NCBI RefSeq assembly: GCF_039654945.1
Contig: NW_027362023.1
Span: 1 to 64,000, forward strand
Direction: 5' to 3'
Length of the DNA stretch: 64,000 nt
DNA from: Dendrobates tinctorius
Taxonomy: Eukaryota
Position 1 is the first letter of the stretch, and each line of letters starts with the position of its first letter. Shown here in pieces: positions 47,277 to 59,130 of this stretch. Both the position numbers and the translations under genes were made by a program. A model generated the notes under the pieces. The model saw nothing but the letters and a program-made list of their open reading frames with translations. It made no database searches and was not told where the DNA came from.

Positions 47277-50200
47277 GGTCTATAATGAATGGGCAGCCAG
47301 TGCAGTGCAATGACTGACACAGAGCGGACGCATCTGAGTACTGATTAGCCAGATGGATGATCGTGGCTGCTGCATTGATGATGGACTGGAGAGGGGAAAG
47401 TCAAGTGAGGGGGAGGCCAATAGAGCGTTACAGTAGTCCAGGCGGGAGTGGATCAGGGCATCAATGAGGGTCTTTGTTGTTTCCATGATCAGAAAGGGGT
47501 GCATTCTCAGGTGTAAGCGGCAAGAGATTGTATATAGGAGGTGAAGGAAAGATTGGCGTCAGACAGCACGCCTGCTGCCGGGGTGTTTATTATGGTGCCA
47601 CACGCTTTCCACCTGGTAATATCGGAATGCAGGCTGCCATGATCAGTGCCCGTATGCCGCAGCAGTCGCGTGCTTTCTCTGTGATTATGGCTCCCTGGAA
47701 TAATCTAGCTGCACTCGTAATGACATTAGGGAGTCTCTGGTGATGCAATCCTCTAATGTAATCACCAGCCCGGGGGCTCATCAGTGAGCGCAGGTCGCCC
47801 TCCAGGACGCTCAGTAACGTCAGACATGTTGCTGCCTCACGTAGAGCTCCATCTGCTGCATCTATCAGACGTCTCTGCTTACATGTCCTGCGCTGCCCTC
47901 CAGCCCACCAATGTACCGAGGTAGCAGGAGACTGCGGAGTGATCCCGAGGAGGGACGGGGTGTTAGGGTCTCATGACCGCTGTGAAGATACCCGGAAATC
48001 CTTCATCTATGGCTCGGGCCGTACAGTGGAGAGGGGTCCCCTCCGTACCCCGACATCTGCAGGACTGGAGCACCAAGGCATATTTCACCCAGAGATATCA
48101 CAGAGCGACATCTGTGATGGGGGTAATGGAAGGCACCCTAAGAAAAACTTCACAAAACCTTTTCTATTGCTTGTGAAGTCAGATAATAGTGGGGAGAATC
48201 TGGAGTTAGACTGGAGCGCCCTCTGGTGACTGATGGAGGGAAGTGAGAAAAATATCTCTGATCACCCTTATTTTTTATTTTGTCTGTTTTCCAAAAATAC
48301 GTAAGAAAAAAGCCGTAATCATAAGGAAAATTAGATTGTATCCAAAATATTCGCGATATATCATGACAGTGTTAATTGTTCCCGTTCACTGACAGAGAAA
48401 CCCTATGTGCGGTGTTGCTACAATGTGTGATGGTGCAGGTTCTGTGGGGGCGGAGCTTGGCACATGGATACAAAGTGCAGCAGAGCCTTTGTGTCATGCT
48501 CCGCCCCCGCGGATCCAGCGCATTTTCTGTGATTTTAGATCATTAATTATGCCACGTTTTGCCGCAGTTTGAATTATATGCATTGTAGATGTAAATCGCT
48601 TGGGCGCCAGACTTATACATTGCAACAAATTACACAAATTTGCAGTTTCTGAGATCCCAGAAATAGTAAAAAGCCGAAACACTAAGTGGCCGATTCATCG
48701 TTCCTTTTGTTGTTTTTTTTTTTTTCCTGCTGTAATAATTGTTCCGGTAGTTTATTTGCAGTTAGTTTATTACTTTGCTGCTTTTTTACCGTTACTCCTG
48801 TTTGTTTTCGCTCGTGTTTATGGATCTCCAGACGGTTTTACATATTCATCATTTCAGGCTTTTAGAAATGTTAATAGTTTTTTGCGTAGTTTTTCTCTTC
48901 TACTTGGAGGAGTCTGAAGTCTGATTTTTGTTGTAGTTGAAGACTGATGTGCGACATTTTATATACATTTACATGAAAAAGTTTGGGCACCCTGCATGAT
49001 TGCTGCCTTGTAGCGCCCCATTTTGTTAGTAGCACAGTTTGTAACCGCTTTGCTCCAGTTTTGATGAATTTGGCCAATCATTTCCTGGCGCAAAAAGACA
49101 AAGCAACGAAAAAAATACTTGGGGGAAAAATGCTAATGATGAACCGAGGACAGAGAATATGGCCGAGCCGCTCTTTGTTCCTCTTTATAACATTTTCCTG
49201 TGTGACTGCAGAACACTTCCTTAGTGATCCACAAGGGGGCGCTCTACCCACGCTCACCAGGGGTGCAGGACATAATTCTAATTTATGGCATATTTTCCCA
49301 CAGGATCCTGCTAGTGGAATAATATGGCCGCCATGTTTCACCATCCTTGACACCAAACACGACTGTGGTGTATCTATATTTGGTTGAGAAAGGCGCCCAA
49401 TCCTGAGCCGAAACGTCGCCATTAAATAGCCACGAACTGGTGTGCTGCCTTTGTATTTGTCTGTATATTTAGGATGGATATTACATTTCTGTGGTTTCCC
49501 AAGCCCAAAAACCCCGACCCTTGAATCCAGAGGAACAGTCATGTCCCCAGATCGCAGCAGATCTGCCCGTGGATTGTCCCGACATCGGGTTGTTCTAGAT
49601 ACGACGCGGAGGCGCTGCGATGTCCCTGGTATGGAGACGTCCAGTCTACCTTAGTTTGCTCTTACTGGGAAGAGACGCTGCAGGGAGTCCAGTGACATCG
49701 GGATCTTATGGATCTACTCCATAACATGGATGAACCCTAATCTAATGCAGGACTGGAGTAGATCCTCCAATGACATCCGGCCGCCCAACCATGTATAATC
49801 TAATACAGTCCAATCAGATCTTCTACAATCTAATGCAATCTCAGCCAGTCGATCGGAGTCTGTGCAGAGCAATGTCCAATCCAATGGAATGAAGTCAAGA
49901 GCCATGCAGGGCAATGAAATCCAGCACAATATGCAGCCACGCAGTCATGCGCAGTCCTAGTTTCCTATGCAATCAGTTATAGACAAATCCTGATCTGTTG
50001 AGTGTTCACATTCCATCCAGAATTCACATTGCTGCGATCAAATCCAGTGCCATGGCTTCGCGTACAATCTGCCACAGGTTGATGCAGTCATGTGCGGTCT
50101 GTCACTGTGATGGAGACCAATCTCTTGGGTCGGGTTCATACTTCACACTTTGGCTCACCGCCCCGGTTCAGCCCGTGATCAGTGTCGGTACCGAATTGAT

Positions 50201-50707
50201 TGCACTAATTTATTCGCCATCTGCAGTCAGATCTGGCGAAATGACCCAGGGACGATCCGTAATCTCGCATGTTGTGAAGGTTCAGTGACCGTTGTGTTCC
50301 AAAAAGCAGCAGACCTGGCGAAATGTGAGGCGCAGTGACTTCAACTGTAGAGGGGTCCCCTTCCTCCCCACCATGGAGGAGGCACTTGTCATATAATGTA
50401 TTGTGATGAACCGCACCTCGTCTGACGTCACTATTACTTCGGAAGGATCACGCGGTACGGTCTCCCCGCTTTCGCCAACGTGACGTTCCGCACCTCTGGG
50501 GGACATGTGAGGTCAGCTTGGCACAGTTTTGCATGGACACCCCCTGTCCACATGGGTGCAGGAAGGCACGGGGAGTGAGAGGATGCGGCCCACACAGTCA
50601 CTGACGTGGTGCCACCCTCGCTCACAACTCTGACAGGCTGAGAGGCCCCTTTCACTAGCACCAGTGGACCAGCGCCTGATCTGCCAGCACAGTAGGACGG
50701 CCACCAG

Positions 50708-51644
50708 TGTCTCGTTAGATATAAATCTGGTCCATTAATGGGATTATGTCGGGCCGCAAACCAGCCCCGGTAGCATGTGATGTTAAACCGAGAAACACGT
50801 GTGGATTGAGATAAAAAAGCAGCCCAAGGTTAAATTATATATTTAATTGCCTTAAGGGCACCCTAGACAATGCACTGTATACACGATGGATGTGCATATA
50901 CAAGGGTCAGATATGCTAATACAGGCGAATTACAAAAGGTATAAGCAGATGAAACGTGTCCGTTACCGACTTGACGTTCGGCCTTGGGAGCTGAACCACA
51001 TGGAACGTCTGGGGTGCCAGGTGTTTCCAGTTCCTTCCTCCATTTTCCTCCCTTGAGATGATCCTATTCCTCCCCTGGGTTTTTGTAGGTGAAACTCCAA
51101 AGCCTTTTATTGATCATAACTTCCCAATGGAAGGTCATAGGGTGGCAGTTTTGGAGCCATCGGATCCAGACAGGCCTCTATTATGCTCGAAGACCAAACA
51201 TGGCTTTGCTACCTGGCTTCTACTAACAGTTATGCGTATCTCCCCACCATAGAGTGCTAGAGCAGATTGAGACCCTGGCAGGCATTCAGCCCGCACCCGA
51301 AATCTTGGAAATGTAACTGGTGTACATCGATCATGTACAATAACTCCACATTCTCCTTAATTCTCATTAAGAAATCCTATTCTGGGAGATTAGAATGAAG
51401 CAGTTAGTGTGTGCTCTGCAGGGGGTCATCCTGTTATGAAGGTCTTGGTACAAGCTAAGTGGGCGTTTTTCCCTTTGAAACTGAGGTGGTTGGACCACCT
51501 GCTGAGCCAGGTGTACTGTTACTGTTACAGCTACACATGCTGAAGGAGGATTGTAATCTGTGACTTGATATGATACAGTTTATTGGCATGACATTATATC
51601 CCCCCATATTCTTCATGTGCGTGAATTGCTAACAATTTGTGACA
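50708..51644. mobile_element. Possible solo LTR
   Basis: TGTC...GACA ends ~940 bp apart; no TSD recognised. Confidence 0.3.
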
Positions 51645-51775
51645 GCTGCGACTGTAATTTGTTACAATGTGGCAGTCATTATAAACAGCCATATCCTGCA
51701 CACATCGGCCTCACTACTAGGGGGCGCCAGGCTGAAAGTGAGCAATAGAACCGCCCCAACAGAGGTGGTCACCCA

Positions 51776-52672
51776 TGTTGTGAATTCGCTTTCTGGCCTA
51801 CCTCTGGTTACTAGTGAAGGTAGTGGAACTGGTTTTATTGACAGAGGGGTCGCGAGTCCTCTTTCTGGGCTCCCTCTGGTGGTTACTGGACGTAATGGAG
51901 CTGATCTAATGAACAGAGACCTGCCACCTGATAATGAGGAGGACGATTGGAGATCTGGGGTTTCAGACTGGATTTAAGACAGCTGACTCCCTCTATCCCT
52001 GCTGGTGATTTTTCCTGCCTCCTGAGGTCTTATTTTCCAGCTCAGTCCCTGCATGCTCAGCTAAGTGTTCTTTTGCTATTGTTCACATTTGATTTAGTTT
52101 TGTCTTTTTCAGCTTTGTGTGGTCAGCCAGCTCCGGCTTGGGCTGTGCTGAATTTCCATCCTTATGTTACTGCTTGTGCCAGTTTGTTTTGTCCCTTATT
52201 AGATTGGCCTCTTTTTGCTTTCAGAATATACCAGAGTGCTGATATAGTGGGGGCGAAGTCGTGCGACTTCAGTGTTTTTTGCATCAGACGTGTTGGACTT
52301 TTTGCAGGGTTTTTTGCGTGATTGCAGACAGTGTCTTTCCTGTCTAGTTAGTGTGGGCCCCATCGTTTGCTCATTCTATTTTCCTGCCTGTGTTTGTGTT
52401 TTCATCTTTTCTCACCGACAATATATGTTTGGGGGCTTTCTATTCCTTTGGGGATCTGCTCCGGGGCAGTTTAGATTTCCCCTTTCTTGCTTTAGGCTTA
52501 GTTAGCTCTCCGGCCGTGACGAGGCGTCTAGGATCATCGTAGGTACGCTCCACGGCTACTGCTAGTTGTGTGGATAGGATCAGGGGTCTGCAATCCGCTT
52601 AGCTCCCAACCTCTCTGGTTTTCTGTAGCTTAGCTTGGTCTTGCTCTCCTCCTCAGTGACCCAATCATAACA
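51776..52672 (+). mobile_element. Solo LTR (897 bp)
   Basis: TGTTGTGA...TCATAACA terminal inverted repeat; CACCCA duplicated on both flanks (51770-75, 52673-78). Confidence 0.75.
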
Positions 52673-52769
52673 CACCCAGCTTCCCAGGACTCATGAACAG
52701 CAGCGTTGTCCAGGGATTAGTCCACTGCTTTTGGGGCATAGTGAGACGACCACCTACAACTGCACTGGA

Positions 52770-54350
52770 AAGTGGTGTCCTCATAGAGGTGGTGTTCTCT
52801 TACGGTTGGCTTCATAGAGGCGGTCTTCTTTTGGGTGGTTTCATAGAGGTGGTCTCTTATGAATGGTCTCAGAGGTGGTCATCCCTAAGAATATATACAG
52901 TAAGGAGGAGGTGACCATTCATATGAGTGGTCTTTATCATAGACATGGTCTTTTCATATGGGCGGTCTCTTAAAGGTGTTCTTTTCATATAGGTCGTCTT
53001 TTCTTACTGTGGTTTTCTCAGAGGTGGTGTTTTCATAGAGGTGGTCTTCTCATGTAGGTGCTCGTATTAGTGTTGGTATTCTCAAAAATATAGTCTTATA
53101 CAGGTAGTCTTTTCATAGAGGTGATCTCATATGAGTGATCTTATTATAGAAGTGGTCTTTTATGAATGGTCTTCTCATAGAGTTGTTCTCATATGGATGA
53201 TCTTCTCTTATGAGGTCCTCATATTAGTGGTCTTATAAGGGTGGTTTATTATAGAGGAGGTCTCATATGGATGGTCTCTAATGGGTGTCCTCATGGAGAT
53301 GATCTCATATGACTGGTCTCATACGGGTGGTCTTATTATAGAGGTGATCTTTTATGGGTAGTCTTTTCATATTAGTGATCCCATATGGGTGGTCTGCTCA
53401 TAGAAGTGGTCTCATATAGATGGTCTCTTATGGGTGTCCTCACATGGGTGATCCTATTATAGAGGTGGTCTTTTATGGGTAATCTCATAGAGGTGGTCTC
53501 ATATTAGTAGTCTCATGGGTGGTGTTTTCTTAGAAGTGGTCTCAAATGGTCTCTTATGGGTGTCCTCACATGGGTGGTCTTATAGAGGTGGTCTTTTATG
53601 GGTAGTCTTCTCATAGAGGTGGTCTCATATTAGTGATCTTGTGTGGGTGGTCTTCTCAGGTGGTCTCCTATGGGTGTATGGGTGTCATCACATGGGTGGT
53701 GTTGTTATAGAGGTGGTCTTTTATGGGTAGTCTCATATAGGCAGTCTCATATGGGTGGTCTTCTCATAGAGGTGGTCTCCTATAAATGGTCTTATTGTTG
53801 TCCTTCTTATGTGGGTGGTCTTATTGTAGAGGTGGTCTTTTATGGGTGGTCTTCTCTTAGAGGTGGTCTCTTATAGATGGTCTCATGGGTGTCCTCACGT
53901 GGGTGGTCTTATAGAGGTGGTCTTTTAGAGGTGGTCTCATATAGATGGTCTCTTAGGGTGTCCTCACATGGGTGGTCTTACTATAGAGGTGGTCTTTTAT
54001 AGGTAGTCTTCTCATAGAGGTGGTCTCCTATAGATGGTCTCTTAGGGGTGTCAGGTGGGTGGTCTTATTATAGAGGTGGTCTTTTATGGGTGGTCTTCTC
54101 TTAGAGGTGGTCTGCTATAGATGGTCTCTTATGGGTGTCCTCACGTGGGTGGTCTTATTATAGAGGTGGTCTTTTATGGGTGGTCTCTTAGAGGTGGTCT
54201 CATATAGATGGTCTCATGGGGGTCCTCACGTGGGTGGTCTTATAGAGGCGGTCTCATATGGGTGGTCTAATCTTAGAGGTGGTCTCCTATAGATGGTCTC
54301 TTAGGGGTGTCCTCACATGGGTGGTTTTATTATAGAGGTGGTCTTTCAGA
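52770..54350. repeat. Degenerate short-period repeat (AGAGGTGGTCT / TGGGTGGTCT variants)
   Basis: Recurring GGTGGTC cores every 15-35 bp; briefly resumes at ~54675-54700. Confidence 0.85.
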
Positions 54351-54486
54351 ATATACACGGTATTATCTCCTCTTCAGAGAGGTAGAGAGCTCTAGCGCCA
54401 CCTAATGGAAGGCACAATCCTATTGGTCAGTGTCGACCCCTTAACGAGTCTCGTCACAGGTCTTCGGGTAAGAAGCCAAGCCAGAC

Positions 54487-54539
54487 TCTCCGTTGGCAGA
54501 CACGAGTTTCGGGGTGTTTGCTCCTCATCAGTGGAAGGA
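54487..54539 (-). ncRNA. Diverged type I hammerhead ribozyme motif
   Basis: Minus strand: TTCCA-CTGATGA-GGAG CAAACA CCCC-GAAA-CTCGTG-TC-TGCCAACGGA. Core intact; one stem II mismatch; stem I interrupted. Confidence 0.6.
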
Positions 54540-54992
54540 ACGTCGTATGATGGGGGGGATGGATCTCCTTGTGGGGAGCACCAGGCCGGTGTATGAAGCC
54601 TTACAGGGTCTGAGCACAAGGAGAGATGTTACCTCTTTTTGTATGACAGAAGTGGAAATCTGCTCTGGCTGTGAGGGTCTGCTCATAGAGGTGGTCTTCT
54701 GTTTAAAGGCACAGTACCGCTGACTCTTCTAACTTGTGCTCTGCAGGGTCTGTGGCTCTTTCACACAGCGACTTGTCAGTGGGATTGATGGGACAGATCT
54801 TCAGGATTGCTGGTGGTTAATGGCAGCGGCAGTCCAGGGGTTAATGGTCGGCTAGCTCCTCCTCGGTGCTGCCTCCTCCTGTCCTCCGCTCCCCTCCTTT
54901 GTGGAAGAGCAGATTTACTGTGGGAGTCGCAGGCACCAGGACTTTAGCACCGAGCTGTCGCCATGAGGTTGCTGCTTGCTCGAGAGTCTTGA

Positions 54993-55751
<759 letters not shown>

Positions 55752-58234
55752 TAACAGAACGGCACAGGAAGGATCATGTGATCAGCTGATGGATGGGTAC
55801 ATACATAGGATATATGTGTGCCAATCAGTGCCAGCGCTGCCCCCGTACAGCACCATCAGCAGGCACCAGTGCAGAACGAGGTTATATCAGTACTGGAGCG
55901 TTATAAGAGGGGCTGATATCAGTCACATATGATGTAATGTCTGGGGGTTATATCAGTACTGGAGCATTATAAGAGGGGCTGATATCAGTCACATATGGTG
56001 TAATGTCTGGAGGTTATATCAGTACTGGAGCGTTATAAGAGGGGCTGATATCAGTCACATATGGTGTAATGTCTGGAGGTTATATCAATACTGGAGCGTT
56101 ATAAGAGGGGCTGATATCAGTCACATATGGTGTAATGTCTGGGGGTTGTATCAGCACTGGAGCGTTATAAGAGGGGCTGATATCAGTCACATGGTGTAAT
56201 GTCTGGAGGTTATATCAGCACTGGAGCGTTATAAGAGGGGCTGATATCAGTCACATAAGGTGTAATGTCTGGGGGTTATATCAGTACAGGAGCGTTATAA
56301 GAGGGGCTGATATCAGTCACATATGATGTAATGTCTGGAGGTTATATCAGTACTGGAGCGTTATAAGAGGGGCTGATATCAGTCACATATGGTGTAATGT
56401 CTGGGGGTTATATCAGTACTGGAGCGTTATAAGAGGGGCTGATATCAGTCACATATGGTGTAATGTCTGGAGGTTATATCAGTACAGGAGTGTTATAAGA
56501 GGGGCTGATATCAGTCACATATGGTGTAATGTCTGGGGGTTATATCAGTACTGGAGCGTTATAAGAGGGGCTGACATCAGTCACATATGGTGTAATGTCT
56601 GGGGGTTATATCAGTACTGGAGCGTTATAAGAGGGGCTGATATCAGTCACATATGATGTAATGTCTGGAGGTTATATCAGTACTGGAGCGTTATAAGAGG
56701 GGCTGATATCAGTCACATATGGTGTAATGTCTGGGGGTTGTATCAGTACTGGAGCGTTATAAGAGGGGCTGATATCAGTCACATATGATGTAATGTCTGG
56801 AGGTTATATCAGTACTGGAGCGTTATAAGAGGCAGATATCAATCACATATGGTGTAATGTCTGGGGGTTGTATCAGTACTGGAGCGTTATAAGAGGGGCT
56901 GATATCAGTCACATATGGTGTAATGTCTGGGGGTTATATCAGTACAGGAGCGTTATAAGAGGGGCTGATATCAGTCACATATGATGTAATGTCTGGAGGT
57001 TATATCAGTACTGGAGCGTTATAAGAGGGGCTGATATCAGTCACATATGGTGTAATGTCTGGGGGTTGTATCAGTACTGGAGCGTTATAAGAGGGGCTGA
57101 TATCAGTCACATATGGTGTAATGTCTGGAGGTTATATCAGTACAGGAGCGTTATAAGAGGGGCTGATATCAGTCACATATGGTGTAATGTCTGGGGGTTA
57201 TATCAGTACTTGAGCGTTATAAGAGGGGCTGATATCAGTCACATATGGTGTAATGTCTGGGGGTTGTATCAGTACTGGAGCGTTATAAGAGGGGCTGATA
57301 TCAGTCACATATGGTGTAATGTCTGGGGGTTGTATCAGTACTGGAGCGTTATAAGAGGGGCTGATATCAGTCACATATGGTGTAATGTCTGGGGGTTGTA
57401 TCAGTACTGGAGCGTTATAAGAGGGGCTGATGTGAAATTATCCCCAGATGTCGGTAACATCCAATCCACAGAGGCAAATAAATCCCCATAGATGACCATA
57501 AAATCCATTGTGTAATGATGAGAACTGACGCAGGGATTGAACACGTTACTAAAATGTAAATAATATTTGGTATAAAAGCCTTTCCTTTGTTGGTGATGAA
57601 GCTTCCAGATGCCTCCTGTATGGAGAAACTAGTCGCAGACATTGCTCAGGTGTGATTTTGGCCCATTCTTCCACACAAACAATCCTCACATCCCAAAGCT
57701 TCCGTGGCTCCTTCTATGATCTCTGAGCTTTTAGTTTCTTCCATACATTTTCTCTTGGACTCAGGTCCGGTGATCGGCTCGGCTGTTCCAGCAGATTTGT
57801 GTTCTTTCTCTGAAACCAGTAGAGAGTTTTCTTGGCCGTGTGTTGGGATCAGCGTCTTGCTGAAATGTCCACCGTTGTTTCACCTTCATCATCCTGGTAG
57901 ATGGCTGCAGATTATTATCCAGAATGTCCGTATACATTTGTCTGTTCATCCTTCCTTCAGTTACATGAAGTTTGCCAGTCCCGTATGCTGAAAATCAGCC
58001 TCGCACCATGATGTTCCCACCTCCATATTTCACTGTTGTATGGTGTTTTTCGGCTGATATACAGTTACTTTTGGCCTCCAAACTTGGTGGGTATTATGGC
58101 ATCCAAAGGGTTCAGTTTTGGTCTGATCTGACCAAACTATATTATCCGAGTATTTCACAGGCTTGTCTACATGTTGTTCAGCAAGCTGTAAACACACTTG
58201 AACATGCTTTTTGTTCAGCAGTGGAGTATTGCAT

Positions 58235-58700
58235 GGTGAGCGTGCACACAGGTCATGGAGAATGTATAGTGAGCGTGCACACAGGTCATGGAGAATGTAT
58301 AGTGAGCGTGCACACAGATCATGGAGAATGTATAGTGAGCATGCACACAGGCCGTGGAGGTTGAGTGGTGAGCATGCATACAGGTCGTACAGAATATATA
58401 GTGAGCGTGCATAGTGGCTGTGGAGGTTGCATGCTGAGCATGCTTACAGGCCGTGGAGGTTGTGGGGTGAGCATGCATACAGGTCGTACAGAATATATAG
58501 TGAGCGTGCATAGAGGCTGTGGAGGTTGCATGCTGAGCATGCTTACAGGCCGTGGAGGTTGAGTGGTGAGCATGCATACAGGTCGTACAGAATATATAGT
58601 GAGCGTGCATAGAGGCTGTGGAGGTTCCATGCTGAGCATGCATACAGGTCACGGAGGTTGTGGGGTGAGCATGCATACAGGTCACAGAGGGTGAGCGCAT
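58235..58700. repeat. Tandem expansion (~33-40 bp, GTGAGCGTGCACACAGGTCATGGAG...) inside the Tc1 relic
   Basis: Tandem copies visible. Confidence 0.85.
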
Positions 58701-58750
58701 TACTTATAGTTTTCTATGTAACAATTGTACCTACTGTTTCTAGGTCTTTA

Positions 58751-59130
58751 GGTACTGTCACACTTAGCGATGTACCAGCGATCCCAACCAGAGATATGAC
58801 GCGGTCAGGATCGCTGGTACATCGCTAAGTGGTCGCTAGTGAGCTGCCACACTGGCAGATCTCACCAGCGACATAGCAGGGGTCGGGGGTCGCTACTTAC
58901 CTGTCAGACGAGGCGATCCTGACGTCCTCCCACCCGCGTCCACTCGTCGCTCATCGGCGCCACAGGAAGCTGACAACGAGAAACGGCTCAGGACGTTCTC
59001 GCGCGATCAGCGATAACCAGCAGGAGAGCGGTCGGAGGTAAGTATCAGACATAGCGATATCGCTGCTCTGTCACAAAACCAGTGACGTTATAGCGATATT
59101 GCTAGCGATATCGCTTAGTGTGACAGGCCC
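58751..59130. mobile_element. Harbinger-like MITE
   Basis: tta|GGTACTGTCACACTTAGCGA ... TCGCTTAGTGTGACAGGCCC|ttt inverted termini; internal AGCGA/TCGCT palindromes. Confidence 0.7.

Larger units (their letters stand above)
39012..47600 (-). mobile_element. Degenerate L2 LINE split by a Tc1 insertion and by an internally derived satellite
   Basis: Tail taataataatttatatagcgccaacatattccgcagcg at 39012; ORF2-like sequence ~40940-41130; resumes at 47275-47600 (HPFLIMETTKTLIDALIHSRLDYCN), collinear with the L2 at 38000-38600. Confidence 0.8.

Noticed and set aside
40971-47320. Three >2000-aa minus-strand ORFs
   Set aside because: Translation of a stop-free 61-bp repeat; the same peptide cycles through all frames.
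49700-50130. Weak ~5/10-bp periodic CAATC/TAATG-like tract
   Set aside because: Too degenerate to define a unit; probably an old simple repeat.
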